This document shows, piece by piece, positions 35,912 through 48,824 of a stretch of DNA of 64,000 nt. Both the position numbers and the translations under genes were made by a program. Each line of letters starts with the position of its first letter. Position 1 is the stretch's first letter. The stretch comes from Azolla caroliniana (Eukaryota > Plantae > Polypodiophyta). The notes beneath the pieces were generated by a model. The model did not search any database and had not been told where the DNA came from. It saw only the letters and a list, made by a program, of their open reading frames with translations. The stretch lies in assembly GCA_043228905.1 (NCBI GenBank), contig JBHGNT010000017.1, positions 11,718,001-11,782,000 of the forward strand, read 5' to 3'.

Positions 35912-38900
35912 ATGCTGTACACGGAGGGAGATAGGCCCCGTGGACGTGGAGGACGAGGCAAGTCGGCGCGCAATGGAGGCGGCCGACAAGATCAGGGAAG
36001 AAGGCACCGAAGTGATGCCGACAGCAACTCCGGACCCTTTCGAAACATGGGGAGTCAAAGCGATGAGAACCGGCAAGGGAAGTCCATCGCGGAGTGCTGG
36101 TACTGTGGCAAGAAAGGCCACAGGGAAAGTGAGTGCTAGAAGAAGCACGCCGATTTGGAGAGAACTGGTTCCGGGAGTGGCTCCAGACATACCGACAAGG
36201 GAAATCGGCAGCGATCGCACTATGCCGAAGACTCTGGGAGAGTCGGAGAAGGGACTGCCTTCGTAACGAGACACGAAGCAAACTCAATGAAACAGACCAC
36301 CCCGAGATCGGACGAGGTGTGGTACGTAGACTCCAGCGCATCAAACCACATGACGAGCCATAAGGAGTGGTTCTCGTACCTTGAAAAACCGATAGAACCT
36401 GGAGTAGTCGCAACAGGAGATGACACTCCGCATCCGATCGCGAATGTCGGAGAAGTTCCCCTTAGCCATGTCGGGCAGAAAGGGAAACTCATGAACGTGT
36501 TGCACGTTCCGACAATCACGAAAAACCTGGTCTCGGTCGGACAGATCGTCGACCAAGGGATGGAGGTTCGGTTTACACACCTCGGGTGCTTCATTGAGGA
36601 AGAAAGCCGTGTGATTGCGCAAGGGCGCAAAGACGGGAGGATGTTCATCCTCGACTCCACTGACGGAGGCACCGCAATGTTCGCGAAGGGACAAAAGACC
36701 GAGTCGGACATCGACTTGTGCCACAAGCGGATAGGCCACGTCAACTACCAGCGGCTTCAAGATCTGCAATCGAAACAGTTAGTGTTCGGATTGCCCAAAT
36801 TTAGTGCCCGAAAGGCACAAATTTGTGAAGCCTGCCAACTCGGGAAGCAACACCGACTTCCTTTCCCCAACGAGCGAAACCGGAGCCGGAACAAGCTCGA
36901 CCTTATACACTCCGATGTATGGGGGCCGGCACAAAACGTTAGTCTTGGCGGGAGCCGATATTTCATCTCCTTCATCGACGACCACACGCGGCACACGTGG
37001 ATCTACCTTATTGAGAGGAAGAGCGAAGTCTTCGACTGTTTCCAGGACCTCAAAGGGTTCGTGGAAGCCGAAACGGGACGAAAGATCAAGTGCTTGCGGT
37101 CGGATGGCAGGAAAGAGTACTTCTCCGGTCAATTCAACGGTTATCTACAACAAATGGGAATTCGCCGCGAATTCAGTTGTTGATACACGCCGGAACAGAA
37201 CGGCGTGGCCGAGAGGAAGAATCGGTCAGTTGTGGAAGCGGCACGGGCAATGCTGGAGGAGAAGAGCTTGCCCAAGTTCTACTGGGCCGAGGCGGTAAGG
37301 ACCGCGGTATGCATCTTGGTCGGTTACTCGGACGAGCAGAAGGGTTGTAAGTGCTATAACCCTCGCACCAAACAAGCGCGTGTTACCCGCGACGTTGTGG
37401 TTGACGAGTCCGCATCCTGGTACAAGCCCCCGACTCCGATCTGTGTTCTGACGATGAGGTCAGCGAGGCCGAGATGCCTCCGGATGAGCCCGAAATCGAG
37501 ACCCGCGAAGAGAGTCCGATTTCACTCCGCTTAAGTGGACCGATTGGACGACTGAGTCGGTACGATCAATCCGATGAAGAGTCGGCGAGTAGTGGAGACT
37601 CGGCCGTGCATTCCCCGTGCAGGAAGCCGAGGAGACGGCTTACGCACAAAGAGAAAGGGAAGAAGAAGGTGTCGGATTCCGGCACAGATAGGAACGAGTC
37701 AGACCGACGCGAGTCCAACTCCGAGGGAACCGGTGACGGGACTTTAAAGGTGAAGTCCGCGTCGACCGAGAAGGCCTCGACATCGGCTAATGTGAGATTA
37801 CACCGATCTACCCGCCAGAAGAATCTTGTTTTGCGGTTCGGATACAACGAGTACATGGCGCATCATTATGCGTACATGACCCGTGTAGCGGAAGTGCGTG
37901 AGCCGGAGAGCTACGCAGAAGCGGCTAAAGACGCGAATTGGCGTGCCGCGATGGAGGAAGAGATGCACGCATTGGCGAAGAACGAGACCTGGGACCTGGT
38001 TGAGGCACCGAAGGGGGTAAAACCGATCGGGTGTAGGTGGGTGTACAAGGTCAAGTACAACACCGATGGCTCGGTCAACCGGTACAAGGCTCGGCTAGTG
38101 GCAAAGGGCAACGCGCAGAAACACGGCATCGACTACGATGAGACGTTTGTGCCAGTCATGACGACCGTCCGTGTGTTGCTCGCAGTAGCCGCGGCCAAGG
38201 GGTGGCACTTACATCAGATGGATGTAAAGAATGCGTTCCTGCAAGGTGACCTTGAGGAATAGGTGTACATGGTACAACCCCCCGGATTTCACTCTGGAAC
38301 GAACTCCTCGGCAGTATGCCGACTAAAGAAGTCCCTTTACGAACTGAAGCAAGCCTTGCGTGCCTGGAACGCGAAGATCACGCAACAACTGCGTCGGATG
38401 GGCTTCGTCACGTCAAAATCGGACTCTTCCCTGTTCATCCGGAAAGTTCGACTCGGACCGGATAGTATTTTACTATATGTTGATGACTTGGTCATCATCG
38501 GCGCTGACCTAGGTGAAATCGATCACGTGAAGCTCCAACTTGCGGCATCGTTCGACATGAAGGATCTAGGGGACCTTCATTACTTCCTCGGGATCGAAGT
38601 GATCCGTACCCCCGAAGGCATATTGATCAGCCAACGTCATTACGTGTTGAGTATGCTCTTCAAACTCGGGATGGCCGACTGTAAGTCCATCTCGACTCCT
38701 CTAGACAGAACCGTCAAGATCCGTCCCGATACGGGAAAGGTATGCGACCCGACGAGGTTCCGACAAATTGTCGGTAGCCTCATATACTTGACCATCACCC
38801 GACCCGACCTCAGTTATCCGGTCGGGGTGATCAGTTAGTTCATGGCGCGACCTACCGAGGAGCACCTTCAGTGTGCGCAACGCGTCCTTCGGTATGTAAG

Positions 38901-39981
38901 CGGCACTAAGGACCGCGGACTGCTATATCGGACCGGTACAGTCGCACAGTTAGTCGCCTACACTGATGCTGATTGGGCTGGCAACGCCGCCGATCGCCGA
39001 TCCACGCCTGGATACACGTTCTCCCTCGGGAGTGCCGCGATCGCATGGAGCAGTAAGAAGCAGCCGACAGTTGCACTGTCGAGCACCGAAGCTGAGTACC
39101 GAGGAGCGGCTGTCGCGACATGCGAAGCCATATGGTTGAAGCGGCTACTTAAGGACCTGCAGGTGGAGGTGTCAGATCCGACGACGATCTACTGCGACAA
39201 CCTCAGCAGCATCTAGCTCGCGAAGAAACCCGTTTTCCATGCACGGACCAAGCACATTGAGGTGCACTACCATTTCGTCCGTGAGCGTGTCCTTTCCGGT
39301 GAAGTCGAACTTCAGTACGTTCCGACGGATCGGCAAACTGCCGACATCTTCACCAAGCCTCTTGGTCTGGACAAGTTGCAGCAATTCTCAGGTGCGCTCG
39401 GGTTGCGTCACCTCGATGTGCCGAACTTGAGGGGGAGAACAGTCCCGAAAGACCAAGCAAGGCAGCAGGAAAGGAGCGGAGACCGTGACACCGAGTCCGA
39501 GTCGGTAGACTCGGTTGTCGAGTTCGAGTTCGGATCGGCTAAAGAAGCCGAGGGCGGACCCACGGAAAAGTCCGAAAGCGGACAGAAGGGGAGCAGCCGA
39601 AGGAGAGAGCCGATGCCAACCACGCATGGGGGAGATGACACAATCGAGGACGAGAAGACCGAAGACGAGTTGGAGACAGCCAACTCGGATGAGAGCGAAA
39701 ACCGATCGGAAGTAGCCGAGTCAGTTTGGATGTTTGATTCAGACACGCTGAATCAACAGAGGCAGAGGCCCAAGCGGAAGAAAAGGCAGCAGGAGAGGCG
39801 TCAACACTGCAACAGCAGAAGAGTTAAGGGCTGCATGAGCAGAGAAGCCGACCGGAAGGGTCGAAGCGCGCGGAGTCGAACAGGTCGAGGAGCGCGAGCG
39901 AGGCGTCAAGCCAGGAGGAACCGGAGTTGTGTGCCCGAGGATCCCGAAGAGCCTCAAGTGGAGCTTGAGGGGGAGTGTTGA
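35912..39981 (+). pseudogene. pol: Copia D2 gag-pol with ~180-aa C-terminal extension after RNase H
   Basis: ORFs 36155-37183, 37474-38262, 38263-38838, 38842-39216 and 39262-39981 separated mostly by single stop codons. Confidence 0.9.
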
Positions 39982-40372
39982 GAGACAAGCTCAACATCGG
40001 CCGGTTCGGCTGAAGAAGCCGAGGACCAGATCGGTTGGGACCGATCGGTTAGGCCGAGTGCGTAAACCGGGAGGTCGTTAGGAAAGATATTCTGTGAGGA
40101 ATATATTTGGGAGTTAGTGTAGGAGCTCTTGATGAGCATTGAAGTACTGTCAGTACTTCGGTCAGTCCTTCTAGGGCTTGTATAAAAGTGTTCACTAAGC
40201 ACGTCTTATGTACATAGACTGAGTATTATTGTTGAATATAGCTTTTTGTGTCTTCTCTCTCACTCTCTCTGTCTCTTCCCCGTATATCGTGTAAGCTCAA
40301 GCTCTCCATTAAACCTGAGTTTCCTTCCTTCTATTCGGTCTTCATACTTGCTTCCGCACGTTACTTTCTACA
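39976..40372 (+). repeat. 3' LTR of copia D2
   Basis: TGTTG...CTACA after PPT. Confidence 0.88.
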
Positions 40373-43300
40373 TGATTGAATTCCGGACACTCGTCACTGG
40401 AGTGCACCATGAGGACGCACTGCTTACTCTGCCAATCTACAAGTCACACGATGGACCGGTGCGAATATAACTTATTGAATCGACAAGCTCCACCAGTCCG
40501 GCAAATCGAGCCACGTAGCATCCGAGAGGAAGAAGACGAACGCTGGCGACGAGAGGAGCGATATCGACCGGCACAAGATGTCTGGTACAACAATCGGTGA
40601 GACAACTACGACCGGTACAAGAAATACGACAAGAAATACGACAAGAAATACAACCGGGATCACTCCCCCGGGTATCACCAACGACGGGAAGAGTACGGGA
40701 GGTATGACGACCAACCCCGGCAAGGGTACCGCAACAAAAAGAACTTTAATAAAAAATGGCATTTCAAAAACGGGAGCCACCCACGTGAACCAGAAAAAGG
40801 CGCCTCAAGCAGCCAACCAGACCAGAGCCCCGCGGTTACCACAAGTCCTCCACCGGGTACAGGAAACAATGCCGAGTCCAGCAACACCCGGAAAGCATAT
40901 TGCTATTACTGTTGGCAAGAAGGACATTATAGTAATCAATGTCCGGCAAAAAGCTACGATAAGCGACCGACAGTAAACATGGTAGTCGCCGAAGTCGCAG
41001 ACCTCCAGCAGGTCACCACAAGGTCGAAGCGGAAGACTACGGAATGGGAGACACAAGAGGCCATCCGGAAACAAGCAACAGAATGAGTAAAAAAGGCCAA
41101 TGAGTTAAATGTAGCAGAACTCGCGCAACAGAAGGAGAACACCGAAGAGCTCGCCGAAAGCAATCAGTCCGAAAACGTGACATGGCAGGTATTGCAGGAA
41201 TGCCAGATCACGATGCCGTTGGGACGACTCTTGCTGCTAGTACCAAGATTCACAGAAGGACTCAAGCCCGGCATGACGACAGGCGGAACACCACTGGCTC
41301 CGGCATTCTTCTCAAATCCGGTGGAGGGACCGGCCGTGGTGGACACCAACAGTCCAACAATTACGGCCATTGTGAAAGAGAAAGAACTCCCTGGCACAAT
41401 AATAGACGGAGGCTCCAGTGTTAATGTAATCAGCCTCCTGACATGCGATGCTCTTGGAATCCGAGAGTGGGAGTCATGTCCGTTCTGGCTCCGAATGGCT
41501 GACACAAGTTCGGTGCGACCGACAGGATTAATACGGAATTTGGAAGTAACCATCGGGGGCCACACATTCCGAATCTTAGCCGTACTTCTCCAGTTGCAGG
41601 CTCATGGAGCGTACCCATTATTGTTGGGACGTCCTTGGTTAAAAACGGCACATATCAAGCAGAACTAGAGGAGGAATATGATTACGTTCCGGGTACCAAC
41701 ACAACAAAGGAAGGGCACCGGCAAGGACCTGACACCGTTATATGCGGAGTGTGTCAATATGCTGGAGGGATTAGCAGACAAAGAAGAAGAGCAGTACTTG
41801 CTGGAGAACCCGAAGACTGTACCCGTCTTCGAAATTGACGTCGCGGAGGCGGTATCACCCTACTTACTGCAACCGGACGAAACCGAAGCGGAACCGGATG
41901 AAGAAGCAATCCGGGAGTTACGACATGCGCAAGAGGCGTTGGAAAGGGAAATGGCCGTATCCCAGCGTGTAAAAGCGTCCCAATTAGAAGAAGTAAATCT
42001 AGGAACGGCGGAGGAGGCAAAACCGGTGCACATCGCCAAAGAAATGAATGCGGAGAACAAAACGGCGATAATTACACTCCTCAACGAGTTTTGCGACTTC
42101 TTTGCCTGGTCGTACGAGGATATGAGAGGCCTAGATCCTCAGTTGTATCAGCACCAGATACATCTGAGCAAAGACGCCAAGCCGGTGGCACAGCGTCGGT
42201 ACCGGATGAACCCACACTATGCCGCCAAAGTCAAGGAGGAGATCGACAAATTATTGAGGGTCGACTTCATCCGTCCCATAAAGAAATCTACATGGCTGAG
42301 CCCGATTGTAGTCGACTACCGGAAGCTCAATGCGTCAATGGTAACGGATGCATTTCCACTTCCGTTTACGGATGGAGTTTTGGATCCCATCGCCGGCCAT
42401 GAAGTCTACAGTTTCTTAGACGGATTCAGCGGGTATAATCAGATCCAGATGGACCATGACGATCAAGAGAAAACGGCTTTCGTCACCGAATGAGGAGTGT
42501 TTGTTGCGGTGGTGATGATGTTCGGGCTGAAAACGGCACCAGCAACATTCCAATGGATCATCATGGAGATCTTTGGCGAATACATACCGGCTTTTATGCA
42601 GGTGTTCCTTGACGACTTCGCCGTCTATAGTAGAGAAGAAGATAATTTGCAGCATCTCAGACTATGTCTAGAGAAGTGTAGGGCGTACCGGCTAAGCCTG
42701 AATCCGGCGAAGTGTGTATTTGGAGTGGCCAGTGGAATGCTACTAGGGCATATAGTAAGCAAGGAAGGCATTGTCGTAGATCCGGACAAAGTGAAAGCAA
42801 TCCGGGAAGCACCGGCACCGGCAACGACAAAGGCATTGAGCCGTTTCCTAGGACAAATCCGCTGGCATAGCCGTATGCTCCGATATTTGGCAGACCTGGC
42901 TACACCTCTGCATACGGCAGTACATCGAACACCGTTCCAATGGACCGACATCGAAGACAAGGCGTACCGGGCACTAAAATTGTTATTGTCACAAGCACCG
43001 GTAGTGCAGCCTCCCGATTGGAGTAAAGAGTTTCATGTGTTCGTGGACGCTTCCGATATCGCAATCGGCAGCGCACTCATGCAGCTTAACGAGCCAAAGT
43101 GGTACTGGATAGTGTACTATGCCAGCCGGAAGCTATCCCAAACTGAGCGAAATTATTCTACCACGGAAAGGGAAGCTTTAGGAACGATCTAGAGTGTAAC
43201 AAAATTCAGGCATTATTTATTGGGAAGAAAGTTCTCCTTCCATGTCGATCATTCGGCACTCCTCTACCTAGTATCCAAAGCGTCACTTACCGGTAAGTTG

Positions 43301-44933
43301 GCCCGGTGGACTTTGTTGTTGCAAGAGTTCGAATTCGAGATATTCCACCGACCTGGCATACAGCATGCGGTAGCAGATTATCTAAGCCGGTTAGATTCCG
43401 GGGAGACAGGTGACGGAGTACCAGACGAGTTTCCGGATGCAAAGCTTTTTCGAGTAACCACGGAAACGGCAACAGATGAAATGGTGGCACAAGAAGATAA
43501 GTGGCTAACTAATATGCACCAGTTTCTGAGTACTGGATTGCCTCCGGAGGAGATGAACCAGGACGAGAGAAAACGCTTGGCGGTACAGAGACGACACTTC
43601 TGTTTATTACAGGACACGCTATACCACAAAGGTGCGGACGGTATCTGGCAACGAGCGGTGCGTGGCGACGAGCGGTACGGGAGGCACACTGCAGAGTCGT
43701 CTGAGGCCATTATGTCGGAGATGCGACGACAAGGAAAGTATGGCAAAGTGGCCTATGGTGGCCAACCACATTGAAAGATGCAGTCCGATATGCGAAGGAG
43801 TGTGATCTATACCAACGAATGGGTCAGCCAACGGAACAAGCTTGGATGCCACACCATCCAGTCCTGCCACTAGAACCATTCCAGAAATGAGGGCTGGATT
43901 TCGTGGGGCCATTCAAACCACCAGCAATGAGAACCGGCAACCGGTACGTGATCATCGCGACGGATTACTGCACTAAGTGGGTGGAAGCGAAAGCCCTCCG
44001 AGACAACACCACGGCGTTAATGGCAAAATTCTTATACGAATACATTTGGTGCCGGTACGGATGCCCCATAGAACTAATAAGCGACCAAGGAGGGCACTTT
44101 CTTGGATAGGTGGTAGAAAGTTTGACGACATTCTATGCGGTAGTACATAAAAGAAGTACACCGTACTATCCGCAAGCAAATGGGTTAGTTGAGTCGACGA
44201 ACAAAACGCTCCAAAATATCCTCCGGAAGATCGTCAATGAAAATCAGACAGATTGGGACACAAAGCTGCACAGTGCGCTCTGGGCTTACCGGACAGCGTA
44301 TAAAACAAGCATCCGGACAACACCGTTCCGGTTAGCATTCGGATTGGAGGCAGTCATGCTGGTCGAGTTCCAGGTACCAAGCTTACGGATTCAGATTAAG
44401 GAACGATTGAACGAAAAGGAATCGGAGGCAATTCGGTTAAAGGCTCTGTGCGAACTGGATGAACACTGACTAACGAGCATTATGCACCTGGAATTGGAAC
44501 AACGGAGACGGAAAGCATTTGTAAATCGGCACCGAAAGGGAAACGAAAAAATGTTCGGAACCGGCAAGCCGGTACTCATGTTCCAGACCTGGATGGGCAA
44601 AATGCTAGGTAAACTACGGTTTAGATGGACCGGACCGTACTGGATCACACGCGAGTTCAATGGGTCCTACCAGTTCGGGACACTTGCCGGAGAAGTGCTG
44701 GGCAAATGGGTCAACGGATTTAGATTAAAACCATACAAAGGACCTATGCTTAAGAACCCATTTGAACGAAGGACCGAAACCGAATCAGACGCCGGCAAGC
44801 CAACCATAACGGCAACCGGTGAAGACGACGGCTACCACCAAGCCAATAAGGAGAAGCATGAGCCGGCAAACCTACAAGAGGCCGACGAGTTGCACGCTTC
44901 GAGCAAAGGTTCGACAGGACCGGAGAACAACTA

Positions 44934-44934
<1 letters not shown>
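40373..44934 (+). pseudogene. pol: Gypsy gag-pol of A3 (disrupted)
   Basis: ORFs 41177-41668, 41678-42493, 42497-43192, 43220-43774 and 43903-44934 with standard motifs. Confidence 0.94.
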
Positions 44935-44965
<31 letters not shown>

Positions 44966-45071
44966 TAATAATAATAATAAAGGAGCGAATCAAATAAATC
45001 ATGGAAAGGAGTGGTGGAAATGGCCATGCACACGAGGAGTAAAGAGGCATGTCGAAAAGGTACGAGGAGCT

Positions 45072-48000
45072 ATGAATAGGACATTAAACCACCGCCACAT
45101 GGCACGCAATGCTATTATAGTACACGACCTGCACATGCGGAGGCTCGAAAAAGGCGCCAAGATGCAGAGAGAAAAACCCCCACGCATTGAGACCTTCTCC
45201 TATCGTGAACCAAGGAGAACAGACGTAGAGCGATGCGTGAAGATAAATCGTAGAGAGCTCGCACACAGAGAACCCCCTCCCTCAGAACTTTCTCTCTCAC
45301 ATTCTCCCCACCATCAGACCTCTCCGACGCTCTCCGACCTCGACGTAGAGATGAACTGCAAAACGCTATCTGAAGCCGCCACGAAATGGTTACGACAGCA
45401 CGGTCTAGAGGGTTTCTTAACGATCATGGAGGCAACGCCATAGAAGGAGGCCGAGAAGATTATAAAAGAAATCGACATGGAGGTGATCACGGAGGAAGCG
45501 ATCCATGCGTTAATAGGCCTTCCGGAGGGCGGTATCTACACGATCGAAAATCCTACCCCCGAGAAACTCATCAAATATTTCGGTGAGTACTCTCTAGCCA
45601 GCAAGGGCTATAGGACACAAGGCGGCGAAGATATGCTATTCCGAGAAATTGCCCGAGTGCTCCACGAGTTCGGCCACGTGTACCCTCGACCCCCCCGTCA
45701 TGCCTCAGAACAGAGCAGGCTTGATCATCGCAACGTACGAAGAGGTCAAGGTAGATTGGTTGGTGTTGATCGCCGACGGGCTGTGTACGGCCATTGATAT
45801 AGAAAGGGGAAAGGACGGCAAGGAAGGCCGGAAAATATGGAATGCAGTGAAACAATGGCTCACCCTGTTGGCGCCACTGGTCGAGCCTGTCCAAACCAAG
45901 AAGCGGGGAAGAACAACGGACGGCACCCCGAAACCTGCTTCGAAACGGCAACAACTGTTGGCTTCCAAGGCCACTAAGGGGAAGATTGCCGAAGCAGAGA
46001 AGGCAACGAAGGAGCGTGCCAGCCGGAAGCGACCGACGGACATGCACGAGGAGACACCGGGACGGGCCTTGAAGAGCCCACTCCACCGACCGGTGCAACA
46101 GGAAACGGACACCTTGGCGGCAAGAATGAATGTCGGGACTTAGGCGGAAGAGATGAAGGAAGAACCCACGAAGCACCTCCAGCGGCGGCCGGTGAAGAGC
46201 ATCGTAGAATCAGCCGGGAAACGTTCGGACCCACAGAAGGATGGAACACCCGCAACTCACGCTAAGGGAGGCATCGGAACCGGTTCAGATGGAACCGGTC
46301 ACAGAAGTCCCGGCACAACAGGCAGCACCGGCAGGCCCCGTCACCCAAGAGCCGGAGATACAAAGGCCAACCGCCCCTGCTGGCCAAGAACAAGCAGACA
46401 AGGGGCCACCAGATGAAACACACTCAAAGCCAGAACGGCAAAGTGGTCAGCTGGCAGAACCAAAAGCACGGCTTGACGCAGAAAGGCGGGACCAGCCACC
46501 GGCAAGTGAACCCCCAGCCAACTTTTCGTGCAAGCGCAACAACCATGCACCGGCAGCCAATGGCTCTGGTGGATAGGAGACCAAATTGCCGGAGTAGTCG
46601 GATGCATAGAGGCGGAGGAAATAGCGCAAACGGAACGGTTTCTCGTCACAACCGATGAACTGGAGACGGCCCGGTCAAGGATCCGGTGCCTCGAACAAGA
46701 CTTGGATCGGATCACAGGAGATATGGCCAAAATGGCCTTAACCGCAACGCAGGTCCAAGCACCGGTGACTCCGGTTGATGTACAGAAGAATAAGACCCCG
46801 GAGACACAAACGGTCCCGGAGAAAGAGGCGGCGCAAGCCCAAGAGCTTGCGGAATTACGAGATGAGCTAGCCTAACAAGAAGCATTACGGAGCCGCGAAC
46901 GCGACTTGAAGAAGGCGGCCGAAGAAGAATTAAGAAAGACTGCTGAGAACCTTCGCCGGGCAAAGGAAAATCTACGTAAAGGACGTCATGCTTACGACCG
47001 GTTGAAGGAGGAAAAAGAGAAAGTGTTGCAGGAAAAAGACAAGCTGTGACGGATGGCGGAAACGAAAATCGAGCGGCTGAAGGAAGAGCTCCGGCAACAA
47101 AAGAACCGGGAGGACCGTGCGCGCCGTCAGATAAACCAAAGGCTGAAGCAGAAGACCGATGATTTCGATCATCTGCATCGGGACTACAAGCAGCTGGAGA
47201 CGGAGCATCAACAATGGATGGCCGAGCTCCGGCAAGAGGTTGATAAGGCCACAATGGCACTCGCTGAAGAACGAGCGGAAATTTCCAGGCTATTGGAGGA
47301 AGCGGCGAATGCCCGGATAAAGCTCCACAAACAGAACCATGAAGACAAGGAAAGAGCGACAATGGTACTACAGAGGTTGCAAACAACCTATCAAACTCAA
47401 TTATCGCATTATAGGCAGCAGGAGGCGGACACGGTTCGGATCATCAAGCAGTTGAAGGAAGAGCGAGAAGCCGCAGAAAATAAATCACAGATGGGAGCCG
47501 AACGGATCCAGTGCATCCTCCGGTCATGGCTCACTAAAACCAAAAGCTTGATTGATGACAACTCTGTGCGTTGGTGGGCAAAATGGGCGCAGAATACCGC
47601 AGAACTCCAATTGCTTAGGGCGGACGTTGAAAAAAAAAAAAAAAAAAAACTGTGTTATTGCTAGGGCCGGACAACAGCCTAACACAGGGTGTCCACTTAA
47701 GACACTTCACCAAAGGGTGGTACGGCAGAATGACTTACGGCGCAACGCTCAATTAGACCAACTTAATCGATTACTTAGCCATCCGTAATTAACACGCGTA
47801 AGATATGACAATAATCACAGAACAGTAATCAACACTTGAAGATTAAGACCATAAGCTTTATTAATTATCCGCTACTGATTACATTGTAACCGGGCCTTTA
47901 TATAGGTCTCCAGTGCGAAATACAAAATGGTGCCAAACGGCACCTTTACGGAATTGTTCCGGATCCAGATCGGCATACCGATTCCGGTCCGTCCGTCCAC

Positions 48001-48310
48001 ATCTTCTTATATAATAATATGTAGATATTAAGACTACTAATTCCAACAGTTCTCGAATAACTATTCCTTTCACACTTTGGTTTGGAGTTTGGACCTCCTT
48101 TAGCCTTCTTTGCCAGCCGGTGACAGGTACAAGGACCGGAGGGGGAACAGGCCGGGGTTAGTCAGGCACAGACAACTCCGATGGAGGAACCAATGAAGGA
48201 AACGCCGGTGTCGGAGCGAGAAACGAAGCCACAGCCACAAACGGAGCAGCATCCATAGCATTCTGGAAATTTTGGAGCAAAGCATTCTGGACATTTTGGA
48301 CGAAGCGTAA
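45072..48310 (+). pseudogene. Extra 3' ORF of A3 (PMD-like + coiled coil), interrupted by inverted LTR
   Basis: Colinear with 201-3190; ends EQSILDILDEA* ~55 nt before the LTR. Confidence 0.75.
47653..48125 (-). repeat. Inverted family-A LTR (remnant of a nested element)
   Basis: Reverse complement of 48365-48824; followed on minus strand by CAG + T-run like the A1 PBS spacer. Confidence 0.92.
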
Positions 48311-48318
48311 AAGGGCCG

Positions 48319-48362
48319 GATAATGGGTTCGACGTACAAGGTACTGTCCCACGGGCGTCCCA
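48319..48362 (+). other. tRNA-3'-end-like motif at the PPT position of A3
   Basis: GATAATGGGTTCGA-CGTACAAGGTACT-GTCCCACGGGCGTCCCA-TG-[TGTTAC]. Confidence 0.78.
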
Positions 48363-48364
48363 TG

Positions 48365-48824
48365 TGTTACCGGCCGACAAGAAGGCTTAAGGAGGTCCAA
48401 ACCAGAGTGTGAAAGGAATAGTTATTCGGGAACTGTTGTAATTAGTAGTCTTAATATATATATTATTATATAAGAAGATGTGGACGCATGGACCGGAATC
48501 GGTATGCCGATCCGGATCCGGAACGATCCTGTAAAGGTGCCGGTTGGCACCGTTTTGCATTTCGCACCGGAGACCTATAGAAAGGCCCGGTTACAATGTA
48601 ATCAAGAGCGGATAATTAATAAAGCTTATTGTCTTAATCTTCCAGTGTTGATTACCATTCTGTATTCATAGTTATATCTTACGCGTGTTAATTACGGATT
48701 GGTAAGTAACCAATTAAGGTCTAATTAAGCATTGTGCCGTAAATCATTCTACCGTACCACCCTTTGGTAAATTGTCTTAAGTGGACACCCTGTGTTAGGT
48801 TGTTTTCCGGCCTTAGCAATAACA
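48365..48824 (+). repeat. 3' LTR of A3 (460 bp)
   Basis: TGTTAC...AATAACA; abuts copia gag at 48825. Confidence 0.93.

Larger units (their letters stand above)
35887..40372 (+). mobile_element. Copia D2 (5'-truncated) with 3' LTR 39976-40372
   Basis: CWYCGKKGH knuckle, [43 protein letters not shown]; PPT GAGGGGGAG; LTR homologous to 24280-24709. Confidence 0.93.
40373..48824 (+). mobile_element. Ty3/gypsy element A3 (5' LTR and gag N-terminus missing)
   Basis: Gag knuckles CLLCQSTSHTMDRC and CYYCWQEGHYSNQC, IIDGGS protease, RT, RH, INT, extra ORF, 3' LTR 48365-48824; inverted homologue of A1. Confidence 0.94.

Noticed and set aside
47630-47649. Poly(A) tail of a retroposed mRNA or LINE
   Set aside because: No TSD; it coincides with the A-run of the family PBS spacer and a deletion junction, so expansion or microhomology is the simpler explanation.
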